Assembly: GCA_965178125.1 (NCBI GenBank)
Contig: OZ237754.1
Coordinates: 744,001 to 808,000 of the forward strand
Length of the DNA: 64,000 bases
Direction of reading: 5' to 3'
From: Bilabrum cf. latius
Lineage: Eukaryota
Shown: one piece after another, positions 12,901-26,348 of the stretch
Layout of the letters: the number at the start of each line of letters is the position of its first letter
Numbering within the stretch: the stretch's first letter is position 1
Made by a program: the position numbers and the translations under genes
Notes under the pieces: model-generated
What the model saw: the letters and a program-made list of their open reading frames with translations, nothing else
What the model was told of the DNA's origin: nothing
Databases searched by the model: none

Positions 12901-15900
12901 GCAGCAGCTCCTCGGCGCGCTGGCATCCGGGCTCTCGCAGAGCGTCTTCCGGCGGCTGTGCTTCCACACCTGCATGCTGCACGCGATGGCGTCCAGGGCG
13001 GAGGTGAGGGTGGGCGACCTGGAGCTGGCCGTGACCAGGCAGGAGCGCGCTGAGGTGCCTGCCTCCGCGGCTGCGGCGCACCACTCCGTCCTGCGATTGT
13101 GTGGGGCCGTGGAGCGGGCCGCGCACGCCTTCTGCGCGGCGGGGCTGCACCGTCTGGCGGAGAGCGGGTACGAGCTGGTGGAGTCCTTTGCCAGCAGGGT
13201 GCATGGACTCGAGTGCACCGTTCCCGAGGTGGCTGCGGGACTTCCAGCCTGGCCGGGCCAGCCCAGCCAGCACAACGACGACGGTGAAAGCGGCGAGGGG
13301 GCCGGCGCCGGTGATGCGCAGGGGCCGCTGCCACCTTCGACTCAGTCCCCGCCTCTATCGGTAGAGTATGGGCCGCCCTCCCGCCAGGCCCCGTGGCTGG
13401 TGCAGAGGTGCTCGCAGTCGAGGAAGGCCTGCAGCCCAAGCTCTTTCGCTAGCGCCTGGCTGGCAGCAGCGGCGGCGGAGCGGAAGAGGAGGAGGGCAGC
13501 GGGCGTCCTGCCCCCAAGGAACAGCGTGACGAATGGGGAGGCCGGGGTTGCAGGAAGCAATCGCGAGCAGAGTGCCTAGCAGCAATTGCAACCGCAATCG
13601 CAGCAGGCGCAGCCCTCGCTCGCAAGTCCCATTGCGGTGCGCAGGCCGCCCGCACCCCGGTCTGCCACTGCCTCTAGACGCTCCATGCAGGGGCGCACCC
13701 CCATGATGGGGGCACAGTCCCCCGCTCCCTAGGGAAGCGCCCCTCCGCAAAGTCCCTGGAACCGCCCGTTCCTCAGCCGCACAGGCAGCCGACGAGGCAT
13801 GGGCATGGGCATGGGCATGGGCATGGGTGGCGCGGCGGGCGCGGCCTCCCCGTCGGCTGGGGCTTCTGCATCCTCTCCATCCATGGGCATGGGGTTCACC
13901 AGCCCCAAGTGGACGGGCACGAGCATCAGCTCGCAGGCCGCAGACCGGGCCAGTCCCAGTCCGACCGCGGGAGCCAGCCCAGCTGCTGACGGCGGGATGA
14001 CCAGGCATACCGGCCGCTCCTCGCCGCAGCAAATGCGACCAGCCAGCGGGACACCGCCGCTGAATCAAGCGCTTGGTGACCCGCCCTCCTTTGATCTTGG
14101 CCCGGCTGCGGGTCACGGTGCTGCGAGCGCGGGTCACGATGCCACGTTGCGGCCAGGCCCTCTTGGGCCAGACGGAAGACATGAGGGTACTGGCGACGAT
14201 GCCGGCGCAGTGGCCCGTCGCATCCCAGCACCGCTGCCCCTCATGTGGGTCCCCAGCTGCGTGCAGGCGCCCAACGCCCCCGTCGCGCGCCGGCTGACCA
14301 TGGACCCAGCGATCGACGAAGTGCCCGGCGTGCTGCCGGCTGGCCTGGGGGTCCCCTCTGTGCCCCCTCTGTCGCCCTTTGAGGTGCTTCACCTGGCCTT
14401 CGCGAGGCGGGCCCAGCTGTTGCTGTACACCTCAGCAGATGCAAGGCAGAAGCAGGCCAAGGAGGCCGCTGAGGAGGCAGCCATGGAGGCACAGGCATCG
14501 ATGCTTGTGCCGGGGTCCAAGCACCAGCAGCTGCTGCGGCCCGAGGACGTCTCTTCCATCCGGAGCCGACGGCGCACGCGATCCGCGGTGGAGCTGGCAC
14601 CCGAGAGCCTGCCCCAGGCAGCCGCACGATTCGCGCTGGCTGCACAGGCATTCGTGCTTCGCGACGTGGCAAGCCAGGCGAGGCGAGTGGCACTGGCTGG
14701 GCAGCTGCCGGGGTGGCACGGGGAGGCTCTGCTGGCGGCAGCCGCCATCGACTCAGCCGTGCATCTGGCTGCGGTGGCAGGTGCGCAGCCCCCACGTCCA
14801 GGGCCCATGCTGTTCCGTCCCAGTAGACACAAAGGTGGCAGTGCTGCCAGGACACGAGGGCAAGATGCCGCTTCGGCTGCGGAACCATCGTCGCCAACGG
14901 GCGCCGCATTTGCTAGCGGCAACGGGCAGCACGCGATGCACGTGCTCGCAGGCCTGGAGGACGCAGAGGCCGCTCGCGCGCAGTTCTGGTGCGGAGCCAG
15001 GGCCGCCTCGAAGGGCCAGCGCGAGGTGCTGCACAGCCGAGTGCGTTGGGAGGAGGGGCGCGTCGCTCCCGTGGACTCCACCGGTGGAGCCGATGGATCC
15101 GGCGCACCGGGAGGGGGCAAGCAGCCTGGCTTGGACAAGCTGCTGGCACTCCCTGCCTTGGTGGAGAAGAAGCACCGCCCGAGGAGGAGACAGCCGGACG
15201 GCAGTTGGGCGGGGGAGCCCCCTTCCATTCGGGTGTGCGACGCGGGGCCCAGGCCGGGGTGGTTCCTGGCGCAGCTGGCCCCGCCCTCTCTGCTGCCGCT
15301 AGGCGACGGTGGTGATCCAGGGCTGGGACTGGAGGCGGAGCCAGGCGCTGGGAGCCCTGGGGCGCGTGACGGGCCGCGTGCCCACAGCGAAGTGGCTGCG
15401 GCGGCCGTGCGTTCCCTCTGGCAGCGACTCGCGGGCGGCGGCGTGCTCCGATCGCGGCAGGTCAGGGGGCAATCGGTGCCTCAGCAGGGTGACGAGTGGG
15501 GCATCGGGGACGCGCAGTGGCTGGGCCGGGCACTCGCAGACGGCGGGGCGCGAGAGCTTGCGGCGTCGATCCAGGGAACAAGCGCCCCTTTGGCTGGCGT
15601 GCCGCTGCCCCGGGGACCAGAGTCCGCACAGGCGCATGTGGTCCGCGCACAGGCTGTTCTCTTCGAGAGAGCGCTGCGGGCGGTCGTCAGCACGCTGCAG
15701 AACGCCGGCCAACGGGCAGGTGGGGCGGATGGTGCGACGAGCGAGCAAGAGCAGCAGCACGCCAGAACGGGCGAGGATGGTGGCGCTGACGATTCAGCTG
15801 CTCAGGGCAGTCTGCCCGCGGCAGCGGCCCAGCCCGCCTCCGGATCCACCGATTGCGCACAGTAGGGAATAGCACCCCAGCCGTGGCCCGGTACGAAACT

Positions 15901-18900
15901 ACCGAAGAGCGACTCTGCCATCGCGGTCGCTGCAGCTGTTGCATGCGCCGCAGGCTGCCGCGCATTGCCTGGCGGCCTCGGGAGGGGCGCGTGGGGCTGC
16001 GGGCCCCAGGTCGGCAAGACTGAAGGATGTTCCCTGGAGCAGGACCCGGTGCTTTGCCGCGTGCTCCGGCAAGTTGGTCTCAGTCCGCGGTCCGCACTCG
16101 GGGACGCCGGCGCGCTGGTGGCGTGGGTGCTTGCTGCTGCGGGATGGACCGCTGCCCAGGATGAGGCAATGCTGCGGGTCAGACGGGACGCCGCGAAGGA
16201 GCGGGGCGGGCCGCGAGGGGGCCTGGCGCAGCACGCCAATCCACGGGCCAGCGATGAGGCGCTGAGCGCGCAGCCCATGGGGCTTAAGGTGCAGCGCATG
16301 GCGGTGCAAGAGGCAGCGGTGCGGCTGGCCCGGGGCCAGCCCTGCGCCGCCGCGTCGCTGTGCGTGCTGGTGCTGGCAGGCCGCAACGAGCTGGAGGAGG
16401 TGGACGACGCGGGGCACGAGGCGGAGGAGCTGCGGGAGGTGGAGAAGCAAGGCTCTGACCAGGCGGGGCACAGGCAGCGGGCTGGGAGCAGCAAGGGACC
16501 GGACGATGATGGTGCGTCGTCTAGCGGCGGCAGTCGCAGGGGCAGCGTGCTGGGCAGGCGCGAGAGCAGAGCAGTGCAGCGGCAGGCCGCCATGCACAGA
16601 ACCAGGGCAGCGGTGGGGGCTGTGGTGCCCTTGGCCGATGGAGAGAAGCAGCGTCGCGGCGGAGGTGCCAGGCGAGTCGGGGCCGGTGTGCGCCGCAGTG
16701 CGCTGCATCTACTGGCCCTCGCTACCGTTGCAAGGGCCGCAGAACTCGGACGCCTCGCGTCAGCGGCTGAAGCACTCGCCAGCGAGAAGCCCGGGTCTCG
16801 AGAGTTGGTGCAGGGCGCGGGGATTCGGGCGGCGCACGCTGCTGCTGCGGCCGAGACGTGCATTCGGGCTTGTCTCGCGAGCCAGTCAGAGGCCAAGGGG
16901 GGTGCAGCTGCCCTCCATGCCGCGCTTGCAATGAGCCACGCTGCCATGCACAGGCTCCTGCGTCTCGGTGCGCCGGGTGGGCTGGCCCCGGGCAGGCCGC
17001 AAGCTGATGGTATGGGGATGGCTGGCGCAGTTCCCACGGTTGGCCGACCGCTGCTGCCCCCGCCGCTGGCGACAGCTCCTGCTCGGCCGCTGCTGCGGTG
17101 CTGCTCCGTGGCTGTCATGCACTTGAGTGCGCTGGGGCAGGGTCAACTCCTGCGCAGTCCCACGGTGCTGCCACCTGAAACGCTGGCAAGGCTCCGATGG
17201 TACTGCCCGCGAGAAGGCGAGCCTGCCGTGCTTCTGGTGCGCATCGATCGAGAGGCGAAGACAGAGGGAGACAGGGCAGTCAGCGGGGCCGAAGGTGCCC
17301 AGGGGTTAGCTCTGGAAGGCATTGAGGTCGCATTTAGGACGAGGAGGAGGAAGGGAGGCGCTTGGATCCCTGCAGCCGCAGCCGTGCTGGCACAACAAGT
17401 CGCGGATGCGAACGAAAGCAGCGTTGCGCAGCGAGGTCCCGGCAGCCAGGCGCCCCCGGCTGTCCCCCCCCCGGGCGCACCGCCGTCGGCTTCATCAACC
17501 GACTCTGGCTCTGTGCAAGGCACCCACTGGTCTGGCGACTCGGCTGGGCGGGTCTCTCTGGGCGACAGAACAATGGCACTGCAGAAGATGCTGCTGTCTG
17601 GGTCTGCGCGCTCTGTGGCGAGACGTGAGAAGATCGCCGCGGATGACCGGCATGCCAGCGGCTCCCGCGTCGGGCAGATCGACAGCTTCCCATCAGCATC
17701 ATCAGCGCACCCCAGCAATGCGACCGGCTGGGCCCCCCGTCTGCTGGAGACCCTTGTTCCTCAGGAGCTAGCCAAGGAAGCTGCAGGGTGCAGGGTGTTG
17801 CGGCGCCTGTCCAGGCGGGCCGCACAGTCGGCTGCCATGCTGCACGACGGTCCCAGGTCCGTGAAGCTGGCAGGGTAGGAGGGGTTATCTGCTGAAGGGC
17901 TGCCGCAGAAACGAGAAGACTCGCTTCCGTCGACTTGCGCCGGGCTGGCGTCAGGTGCCGACGAGACTGATCCGCTGGGGGTGCTGCGCGCGCCCGATTC
18001 CGCCTAGTTTGACTCCCTCTGGCAGGGCATGTGGGGCGGGTATCCGGCTGCAGAGGCGCTGTCACGGAAGGGCGAAGTGGCGCTGCGGAGGGGGTACATT
18101 ACTGCGAGGCATGCTGCCATGAGCCTCGGGACACCAACGGTGCATGGCACTGCGCATCGTGACAGCGAGGCGGTGGGGTTTCCTCCAAGCAAACCAGAGG
18201 CATGCATCGAAGGTGGTGCTACATCAGCAGTGGCAACAGCTGTCGCACTGTCCCATGGGTCCGATCCTCGCCATCATCCGCGCCGCTCGAGCGAGCCCCC
18301 AATCCGTCACTCGTCGTCCTCCTCCCCGCATGGACACTCGGAAGGTGACGGGTCGTCCCCGCGCAGCCGTGGGGCCAGCCAGCCCCCGCCCGTGGCCAAG
18401 CGAGCGAAGCAAATGAGCGGGTCTGGGTTGGTCGCCTCTGGTGGCGCAGCAGCCGATGCAGCCCACCAGTCCGCGCTGGAGGCTCTGCGCCAGGCGCAGA
18501 AAACGCAGCCCGTCGCATTCGCTGCCCGAGCTGCGGGCTGGCTGGATGCTGCTGACCTTCTCCCAGACGACAGGTCGAGGTCCGGCCCACAGAAGCAGCA
18601 GCAGCAGTAGCAGCAGCAGCAACCGTGGGACTCGCCACCACTGGTCGGTAGCATGGTCGCGGACTCGCCGCCAAGCGGCAGCCCCGAGCTGGGCGCGGCT
18701 GCGCTGCCGGTCCAGGCCAGCGGCGCGGCATCGCCTCTGATGGTGGACGGCATGTTCCCAGATACTAAAGGTGCACTACAAGGCGGCGTCTCTCCGGCGG
18801 ATCGCATATCCCGCCGTAGCTCCAAGCAGTCGGCTGCAGACGGCGGCACCAGCAGCAGCATCAGCAGCAGCAGGGCAATCTCCAGGCTGGTCAGCCAGGC

Positions 18901-21568
18901 CAGCGACCGCGGGGGGGCAGGTGGTGCAGGCAGGCGCAGGAGCGGGCTAAGAGAACCCTTCTCGGTGGTAGTGAACCTCAGGGAACAACAGGAAGACGGG
19001 CCCTGCCCAGACGGTAGCACCGGTGCCAAATACACCGCACCGCTTCCCGCTGCCGCTGGCGGCATCAGCCTCGGTCCTGGGTGCAGCGTGATCGCCATTC
19101 CTCTGCCCCAAGGGCCATCGGAAGGGCCGTACGTCTGCGAGCAGGTGCGTCTCTACGCGCGGGGAGGCCTCGCCCTCGTGGACGAGCGGCCCGAGGGTCT
19201 CATGCTGGGCGAGGCACTCAGGTCGCACGCCGCCAGGGTGCTGGGGACTGACCCGGCCACGGTGCCGTGGGGCGCAGACTCGCGACCCGGCATGGGGCCC
19301 CGTGGACCACTCGTCACACCGTCCCGCTCGCACACGGTGCGCTCCGCCGCCTGTCTCAGGGCATCTTCCCGCCGGGACCTGGACGCCTACAGGGCGCTTC
19401 TGGTGGAGGCGCAGGCAGCCAGGCTGATGAAGGAGGACCCGGAGGCCTTGCGGGAGCTTAGCAGGGCGGTGGAGCGAGCAGCCGTGGACGGTGAGGTGGA
19501 GGACGTCTCTCAGCTCTCCCTGGAAGAGGCAGCTGGGCGGCTGGCTGACCTGGGGATCGAGAGGCTTCTGTCGCGGTGCAGGCGGAGGGGGCAGCTGGGC
19601 GGCCTGTCGGGGCAGGGTTGGCCCTCCTGGGCCAGAGCAGCGATCGTGGGGGACGGGGCCAGCGGCGGGGCGGGCGGGGCACTGCGGGAGAGGTCGCAGT
19701 TCCCCGTACTGGTTGCGCCTGACGCGCTGGCGGGGTCTACTGTCCTGCCTGTCGCGGCCGTGTCAAGCACCGCGGGAGATGGCTCGGCAGGAGCTGTCGG
19801 TGGTGACGTTGATGGTGACGGCATCGGTGACGGTGTTGGCTCTGGCTCGAATCCGGGAGTTGCGCCCATCGGTGGCAGCGCCCCCGGAATGGTCAGCCTG
19901 GTTTTCGGCCCTGCGCTGCCGCCGTCACCACCTCTCTTCTTCGGAGGCCGACTGGTAGCCGCTGGCGAGGCGAGCAGCCCCTCTGTCGGTGGCCCTGCTG
20001 CTGGCAGCGCGTTGGACCCGCTGGACCCCTCCTACACTGACGCATTCGCGTTCCTCGCGGAGCCCTTGGAGCCCAGCCCCGGCCAGTCCAGGGAACAAGA
20101 GGACCAGGTCCTGAGGCAGGTGCTGGAGAGCTCCCTGCTGTGCGACCGCGAGGCGGAGGAGGTATGGCGGAGTGAGGTCGCCGCTGAGCAGGCGGGCAGC
20201 AGGTGGATGGATACGATGAAAATTGCCGGTGGTAGTAGCTGCGGCAGCTACGGAGCCGGTGCCGGTGCGAAGGGTGCTGAACACAGTGAGCCGAGGCAGG
20301 AGGACTTGCTGGCTTCGCTGCGTCGAGCCGCGGCAAGGGCCGCTGTCCGTGCGGTGAGTGCCTCTGGCGCCGCTTCGCAGTCTCCAAACAGCCTGCTTCT
20401 GTCCTCGTTCGGTCGGGAGGCAGTGGCACTGTCCCTCCACAGGGTGCTGCAAGGCCCGCTGGGGACCTGGAGCCCAGGGCAGGCAGCCCCTCCCGAGGTG
20501 GTGGTGCTGCCACGGCGAGCCCCAGTGCGAGTCACCATACATGCATTGGCTCCGCCTTCAGAAATCAGCGAACAGACTAGAGGTGATGGTGAGTGTGAGG
20601 GCGAGGGCAAAGGAAAGGACGGGCCCAGCATGGTATGCCTGCTGGTGTTGCGGCTGGACCGACTGGATGGAAGTGGTGACCCGCGAGGAAGTGGTGACCC
20701 GCGAGGAAGTGGTGACCCGCGAGGAAGTGGTGACCCGCGAGGAAGCGACCCGAATCCATTGGAGTGGGGGCGCACGACGATCCGCCTGGAGCTCCCCGCC
20801 CCGATGGAGCTGCGGCCACTCGGGCCTGGGAGCAATGTGGGTGAAGGGGCTGCCAGTGCCACGATTGCATCGAGTGCACCGCAGGAAGTGCACGTGGATG
20901 GCATCAGTGGTGCTGGCAAAAGCGACTGGCGCAACGTTGCGATGGATTTGGCCGGGCTGGGGCCCACTGCACCCGACCCGAGTGCAGCTGCTGCTGCTGC
21001 TGGTGCTGCTGCTAGTGGTGCAGGTGGGACGGCTCGAGACGCAGCGGAGGACGCGTTTGGTTTTGCCAGCGACGAGGACGAGGAGGGCAATGTCCACGTG
21101 GCGAGAGAGGAGAAGCAACTGGCTGCGAGCGGGGCCAGCAGTGGGGCGGCACCTTGGGACAACTCTGGCCGGCAGATAGATGGCTTGTGGACAGTGCGGG
21201 ACGTCTCCTCTGCGGGCGGATAGCGCCACTGGATCGTGGAGCTGGCGGGGGAGAGGGCGCCTGAAGGGTGCACTGCATGGCTGTGCATGGGGGTCCACGT
21301 GGATTGGGGCTCTGACCTTGGGCAGGCAGCGCTGCGGCTAGTCCAGTCGGATCAACCAGGCAGCCCTGTTAGTTCCCTGCGGGGTACGGAGGCTGCGTTG
21401 CCTCGGGTGCTCGGAGTCGGCTTGCGGGTGGATTGGAGGAGCGGCGGGGCGGGGGCTGCTGGGGGTGCGCCCGGGGATGACGTCGTGGGGGGTGATGACG
21501 TCTGTGAGGAGCCCGTATTCGTGGCGGTGGACGGGTGTGTTAGGGTCCCAGTGATGACGTAGCCCTGA
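9986..21568 (+). CDS. Giant uncharacterised protein (~3860 aa if TAG is sense), apparently intronless, Ala/Gly/Ser/Pro-rich with interspersed hydrophobic segments
   Basis: ORF-track pieces 9950-10405, 10409-10855, 11432-12109, 12248-13579, 13799-15865, 15965-17878, 18029-18610, 18653-21223 and 21236-21562 share one frame and are joined by 14 TAGs with no TAA/TGA. ATG at 9986, first TGA at 21566-21568. Family not recognised. Confidence 0.75.
13799..13828 (+). repeat. (ATGGGC)n hexamer microsatellite encoding an MG repeat
   Basis: atgggcatgggcatgggcatgggcatgggt. Confidence 0.85.
20669..20745 (+). repeat. 18-bp tandem repeat x4 (GGAAGTGGTGACCCGCGA) encoding (GSGDPR)4
   Basis: Four exact copies plus a partial copy, in frame within the giant ORF. 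Confidence 0.95.
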
Positions 21569-21701
21569 TTGCAGGTACCTTTGGGGAACGCAAGAGAGCG
21601 ATTTGCTAGCTTATCGTTTGCCAGTGGGAGACGAACGTTCGCCAAGACGGTGTGTGCCTCGAAACTGCAACTGCAACAGTCCCACTTACAGAGCTCCAAA
21701 C

Positions 21702-23348
21702 ATGCAGAGATCCGACGAACTTGATGGTAACTTTGCCTTGGAAGAGATTGATGCCGCGGCGAGCGGTGACCACGATGCTACCTCGGCCGAGGACGCAGCG
21801 AAGGAAGAAGCAATCGCTGGCAAGAAGCGTCCTAGGGAGCCAGAGGGCGAAACTGAGCCCAAGGATGAAGCCAGCGAATCAAAGTAGAAGCGAAAGAAGA
21901 AAAAGAGAAAGACGGGCAAGCGTGAGGCCAAGATAGCGCCGGAAACACTATCCCCGGCTGAGCAGGCTGCCTGGCTCTGGGAGCGAGTGCAAGAGTCACT
22001 GAAACTTGCAGCAGACCCCACAATTGCGGATGCAAATAAACCAGTTAAGCCAGCACCCCGGCCGGAGACGCCGGAATCCAGGGAAGCGAAGCATCGCGCG
22101 AGCATGGCACTGGCGGCGATCGGCGTCGATCTTGCGAGCGCCAAGGCATCAGCGTCGTCGGGCGCAGCCACGGGCGCTTCCTCCCTCGAAGCCGCCTCAG
22201 GCACATCAGTTGCAATCCCGGCTCAGGCCATGGTTCAGCTGCCGCGCCCCACGGCGGACGCGTACAAGGGCCTCCCCGCCCGGCTGCGGCCCGAGGGGCT
22301 GCCTGCAGCGAGGTACGCCACGAGCGGTGCCACCGGTGGCCTCGTGGTGGAGGGCATCAGCGGAGGCGCGGGCGGAGATGCCAAGAGCCACGATAAGGAC
22401 GAAGAGGGCGACAAGGACGGGGGTGCAGACGGCGCCGCTGCAGGTGATGATGGTGCGGGGAAGACTGACAAGGAGGAAGAGACGCTGCAGCTGTTCTCCT
22501 CGTCTGGGGCCTCGTCAGGGGCCGGGGCTAGCAGCAGCAGCAGCAGCAGTGGTGCAGCAGCCGCGAGCGGCACAGGATCGGAAGCGGAGGACGGTCCCGA
22601 GCTGCCCCGTTCCGATGACCAGTTTCCTGTGGCGCTGCGCCTGTCAGTGAGCTGGAGGAAGCTGCTGAGCCCCGAGTTCGAGTCTAGGGGATGGGAGAAG
22701 CAGATGAGCGGGGGCAGGGGTGGGGGCGGGAGGGGAGGCAGGGGTAGGGGCAGGGGCGGCTATAGGGGAGGAGGGCGCGGAGGAGGCGGGTTCTACGGGA
22801 ACAGGGGCAGCGGGTTTGGGGATGGCGGCGGCTCCGTGAAATCGTGCCCCATGCCCGCAGGGTCCCCCGCCATCGTGGTGGTGTGCGCCGGAGCGAACCG
22901 TGCGTGCGAGCTGCTGAAGCACATTTCTGTGCTGCGCGTGCGGGCAGGGAAGCTGTTCTCTCGCCACCTCAAGATCGAGGACCAGCAGCGGCTGCTGCGG
23001 AACCAGGCATACTCCGTAGTGGTCGGCACGCCCGCCCGCATGCTCAAGCTGGCCAAGCAAGGCCACCTCAAGATGAGCCACTGCAGGCTGCTGGTGCTGG
23101 ACATGCACAGAGGGGGCAAGGGCATGAACGTGATGGAGCTGCCCGACGTGGCCGCCGACGCTGCTGAGCTGTATGCACTATACGTGCACGAGAAGGCGAC
23201 AAAACTAGCCGTTGAGTCGGGGGAGGGGGCGGGTGACGAGGCCGGTGGGGAGGACGTTGAGGAGGAGGACGACGCCCCGCAGAAGTGGAGGCACGGGAGG
23301 AGGCCCAAGCTGCCGCCCTCAACCACGTGCAAGGTGCTGCTGTGGTAA
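21702..23348 (+). CDS. CMSS1: CMS1/CMSS1-like 90S pre-ribosome factor (degenerate DEAD-box-like domain), ~548 aa
   Basis: N-terminus MQRSDELDGNFALEE followed by a Lys-rich tract with an in-frame TAG at 21885 (ESK*KRKKKKRK). Core GSPAIVVVCAGANRACELLK...KLFSRHLKIEDQ...VVVGTPARMLKL...LLVLDM; ends CKVLLW-TAA (23346-23348). Contains an RGG-rich insert. Confidence 0.8.
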
Positions 23349-23582
23349 GGTACGGGCAGGCGAAACTGATTGGTTGCCAGGCCTTCAAGAAATTCTGCCA
23401 GTTGCTTGAGGCGAAACATCAAAGTCAAGAGTGGTCAGCAGGAATCACAATTTCTAATGATATTGAAGTGCTGCAGCCGAATAGGGCACACACGCGCAGC
23501 CCCTCGGTAGCACTTGTATGTCAAAGGTTTCGTTTCCTATTCGATCCTCATGACAGCCTCCCTCTTCTCACCCCTGCTTACA

Positions 23583-26348
23583 TCAGCCGAGGTGCGCGGG
23601 GTGCGTGGGTCGCCGCAGAGCTCCCCCCGCGCCAGGCTCCAAATCATCTTGCTTCTGCACAGGGCCAAGCCCGTCCTGCATCTCCCGTCTCGCTCTCGCA
23701 AGCAGCGACTGCCAATCCAGCTGCTCGTCGTCATCCGACCCCGCAGCGGCAGTCGGGGGCGGGGGCACGTCCACAGCCAGCTCAACCAGGTGAGGAGGAC
23801 TCCACCACTCGAGGACGACCCACATGATGTGCAGGATGAGCGCAAGCAGGACGGCCAGGGGTCCGAACACCTTGCCGTTGGTCATGTACCGCCGCAGCCG
23901 ATCCCCGAGCGAGAGGGGGGGAGCTGCCGATACCTGGTCGTACACCTCCACTGTCCGTCTCGCCACGCCCTGCCACGAGTACATCTGCCGGATGGCCTGG
24001 TGCACCCACACCGGGTTCACGTTGCGTGCATACGCCACGGCTTTGCACAGCTGAGTGGTCAGTGCCTCTGCAGTGGGCTCGGCCAGGTGGATCATGCTTT
24101 TGGGCAGCACCTCGGGCACGCCTCCCACCGCGGTGGAGACAACCACCAGCCCACAGGACGCCGCCTCGAGCAGCGCGATGCAGAAGCTCTCCGTCAGGGA
24201 ACAGTTAAAGAACACGTGCCCCTTCACGAGGGTGTTTCTCACGTCTCTGTGCGGCACCATCCCAAGGATCCTGACCTGCTGGTGGAGCTGATGCCTCTCC
24301 CTCATTTCCTCCAGCAGGATGCGCTTGTCCCCGTCTCCGCCAATGATGAATCGAACGTGCTTGAATCTGCGGCACACCCTGGGGATCACCTTCACGGCCA
24401 GATCGATGCCCTTCCTGTACACGAGTCGGCTGAGCATCACGATGTTGACCACGGGCTGCTAGTCCTGCTGCTCCCTGCGACGACGGGCACGCCTGCGGCT
24501 GCGCCTACGCGGCCCAGTGGGCTAGGACAACGACAAAGATTTGGCTGCGTCACCTCCAGATCCTGACTCTGCTGCGCCAGCGCGCGACGCGCCCGTGTCT
24601 CGTTGCAGCCGAGATCCGTCCTGCTGCTCCACATCGGTCGAGTCCGAATCCGAGTCTGCATCGGCGTATGCGTAGTGGTCAGCGTCTGCATCGGTGGTGC
24701 TGGCGCTCCCGCTGGATCCAAAGCTACTCAAGTTGCGCTGCCTGACGCGGGCCGGACTACCACGCCCTTGCCAGTCACCCACCCGAGCATGCTTTCCAGA
24801 CTCGCGCTGGTCCGTGCGCAGTCCACCCGCAGCTGCACTCGTGCTGTCCCCCGCACCCTGTGCCACCACTTCATGAGCATCCTAGCCGCCTAGTGGCGCC
24901 CGCTGCGGGCTTGTAGTCACGGCGCCGAGCGTCGCGTCCACTCGGCGATCCGTGCTGCCTTCAGCAGCAGCACCGGCGCTGCCGCCACCGATATCCTCGG
25001 TGACACCGGCTGCCCCACCATCCCCTCCCGCGTGCGTCTGCTTGGAGGAGGCCTCGTCTGCAGGTGGCTGCAGCCCGCGTCGGGTGGGATCCGGCGTGAA
25101 ACGCGTGGGATCCACGGCATTGGGGATGGCAGACACGGCCCCAGGGGCCACGGACGTCCTCATGACCAGGTTCTCCTTGCACGTGTGCGAGACCGCGATG
25201 GCGTGGTCCACGTCGGACAGGGTGAACTTGAGGATCTTGTTCACGTTGATGGAGGCCGCATCCCTGAACCCCCATAGGGAATGGTCCGTGTAGACGGTCC
25301 GGTACCCCATGGTCCTGGCGTAGAGCATGAACACGTGCATGAGGTTGCTGGTGGCCTGGTGCCCGTGCACGATGGTCACGCGCTCCCGCAGCACGATGTT
25401 GCGGAAGAGACACATATTCTGGAAGAAATCGGGGAAGGTGTCGCCGTCGTGCACTGCAGCCACCGGAAGGTAGTACACTTTCACGCCGTTGGTCATCACC
25501 CTGATCCCGACCCGCTTGCCATACGCGTGCGTGATGACGATTACTTTGTGCCCCAGCGCCTGCAGGCACTGCGACAGGGACCATATGTGCATCTCACCGC
25601 CCCCCAGCCTCGGGAAGAAGAAATCAGACACCATCGCGATCACGTGCCGCCGGTGAGGAGCCGCCGACGACTCTTCTGGATGGCCGAGCAGCGGCGGTGG
25701 CAGGTCGCTTCGTGCTGTAGCTGATGCGTCCGAGCCCGAGCGGGATCTCAAGTTCCCGTGAGGACTATCGCTCCCTTTTGGTTGGCTGGCCTTTCCATCG
25801 TTTGTCCCTGTGGCGTGCCCGCCCACCTCTGCTGCGCCATGTGCTGGAGACGCACCGGAGCTGCCCGCGGCACCGCGTGGAGCGGCGTCGTTCCACAGCG
25901 GCTTCTGCCTCCCTTCTCCGGGCCGACGCCTATCGTATCCGGTCCTGCGTTCCCCAATGAACTCTGGCTACAGCTTGTCTGGAACCCACGGTACGCGAGG
26001 CAAACCGTCTAAGCCGATCACTGCTTCTTCGCGAAGAGTAGGTCGGTTTGTAGCTGCTGTGGAGGGACCTGGCGACAATGCTGTAGCCCTATATTGCAAA
26101 GCGATACAAGAATCCGCGTCTGGTCGTTCATCCTAATTGCTGGGCTGCAAACCGTCGCTGGGACCTGAAGCTGCGGGTACCGCCGAGGGTAACCTGGGCG
26201 GCTGTTGCTTCAATTCAACACCACTTAACGCCTGACTGGCACCGTCTAGTCTAATACTACTGAAATTCGCAGTCGTGCGGAAATTTGAGGATAATTCTGG
26301 TGAGTTGGGCAGGGACGAGGCGAAAAGCATGTCGCCCGGGTCGGCCAT
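23583..26348 (-). CDS. PIGA: Phosphatidylinositol N-acetylglucosaminyltransferase subunit A (GPI anchor synthesis), ~921 aa with a long N-terminal extension and internal insert
   Basis: IAMVSDFFFPRLGGGEMHIWSLSQCL, IVHGHQATS, VYTDHSLWGF, IPNAVD, IVMLSRLVYRKGIDL, NCSLTESFCIALLEAASCGL, VGGVPEVLP, C-terminal TM segment. One frame across TAGs at 26133, 25968, 24882, 24522 and 24459; TGA stop at 23583. Start uncertain (ATG 26348 or 26330). Confidence 0.92.

Noticed and set aside
23340-23355. TAA also reassigned (ciliate-type code)
   Set aside because: No internal TAA was found against about 80 TAGs, and TAA ends CMSS1 at the expected C-terminus. Only two TAA ends are available and the CMSS1 one overlaps a GTAAG donor-like string, so this rejection is provisional.
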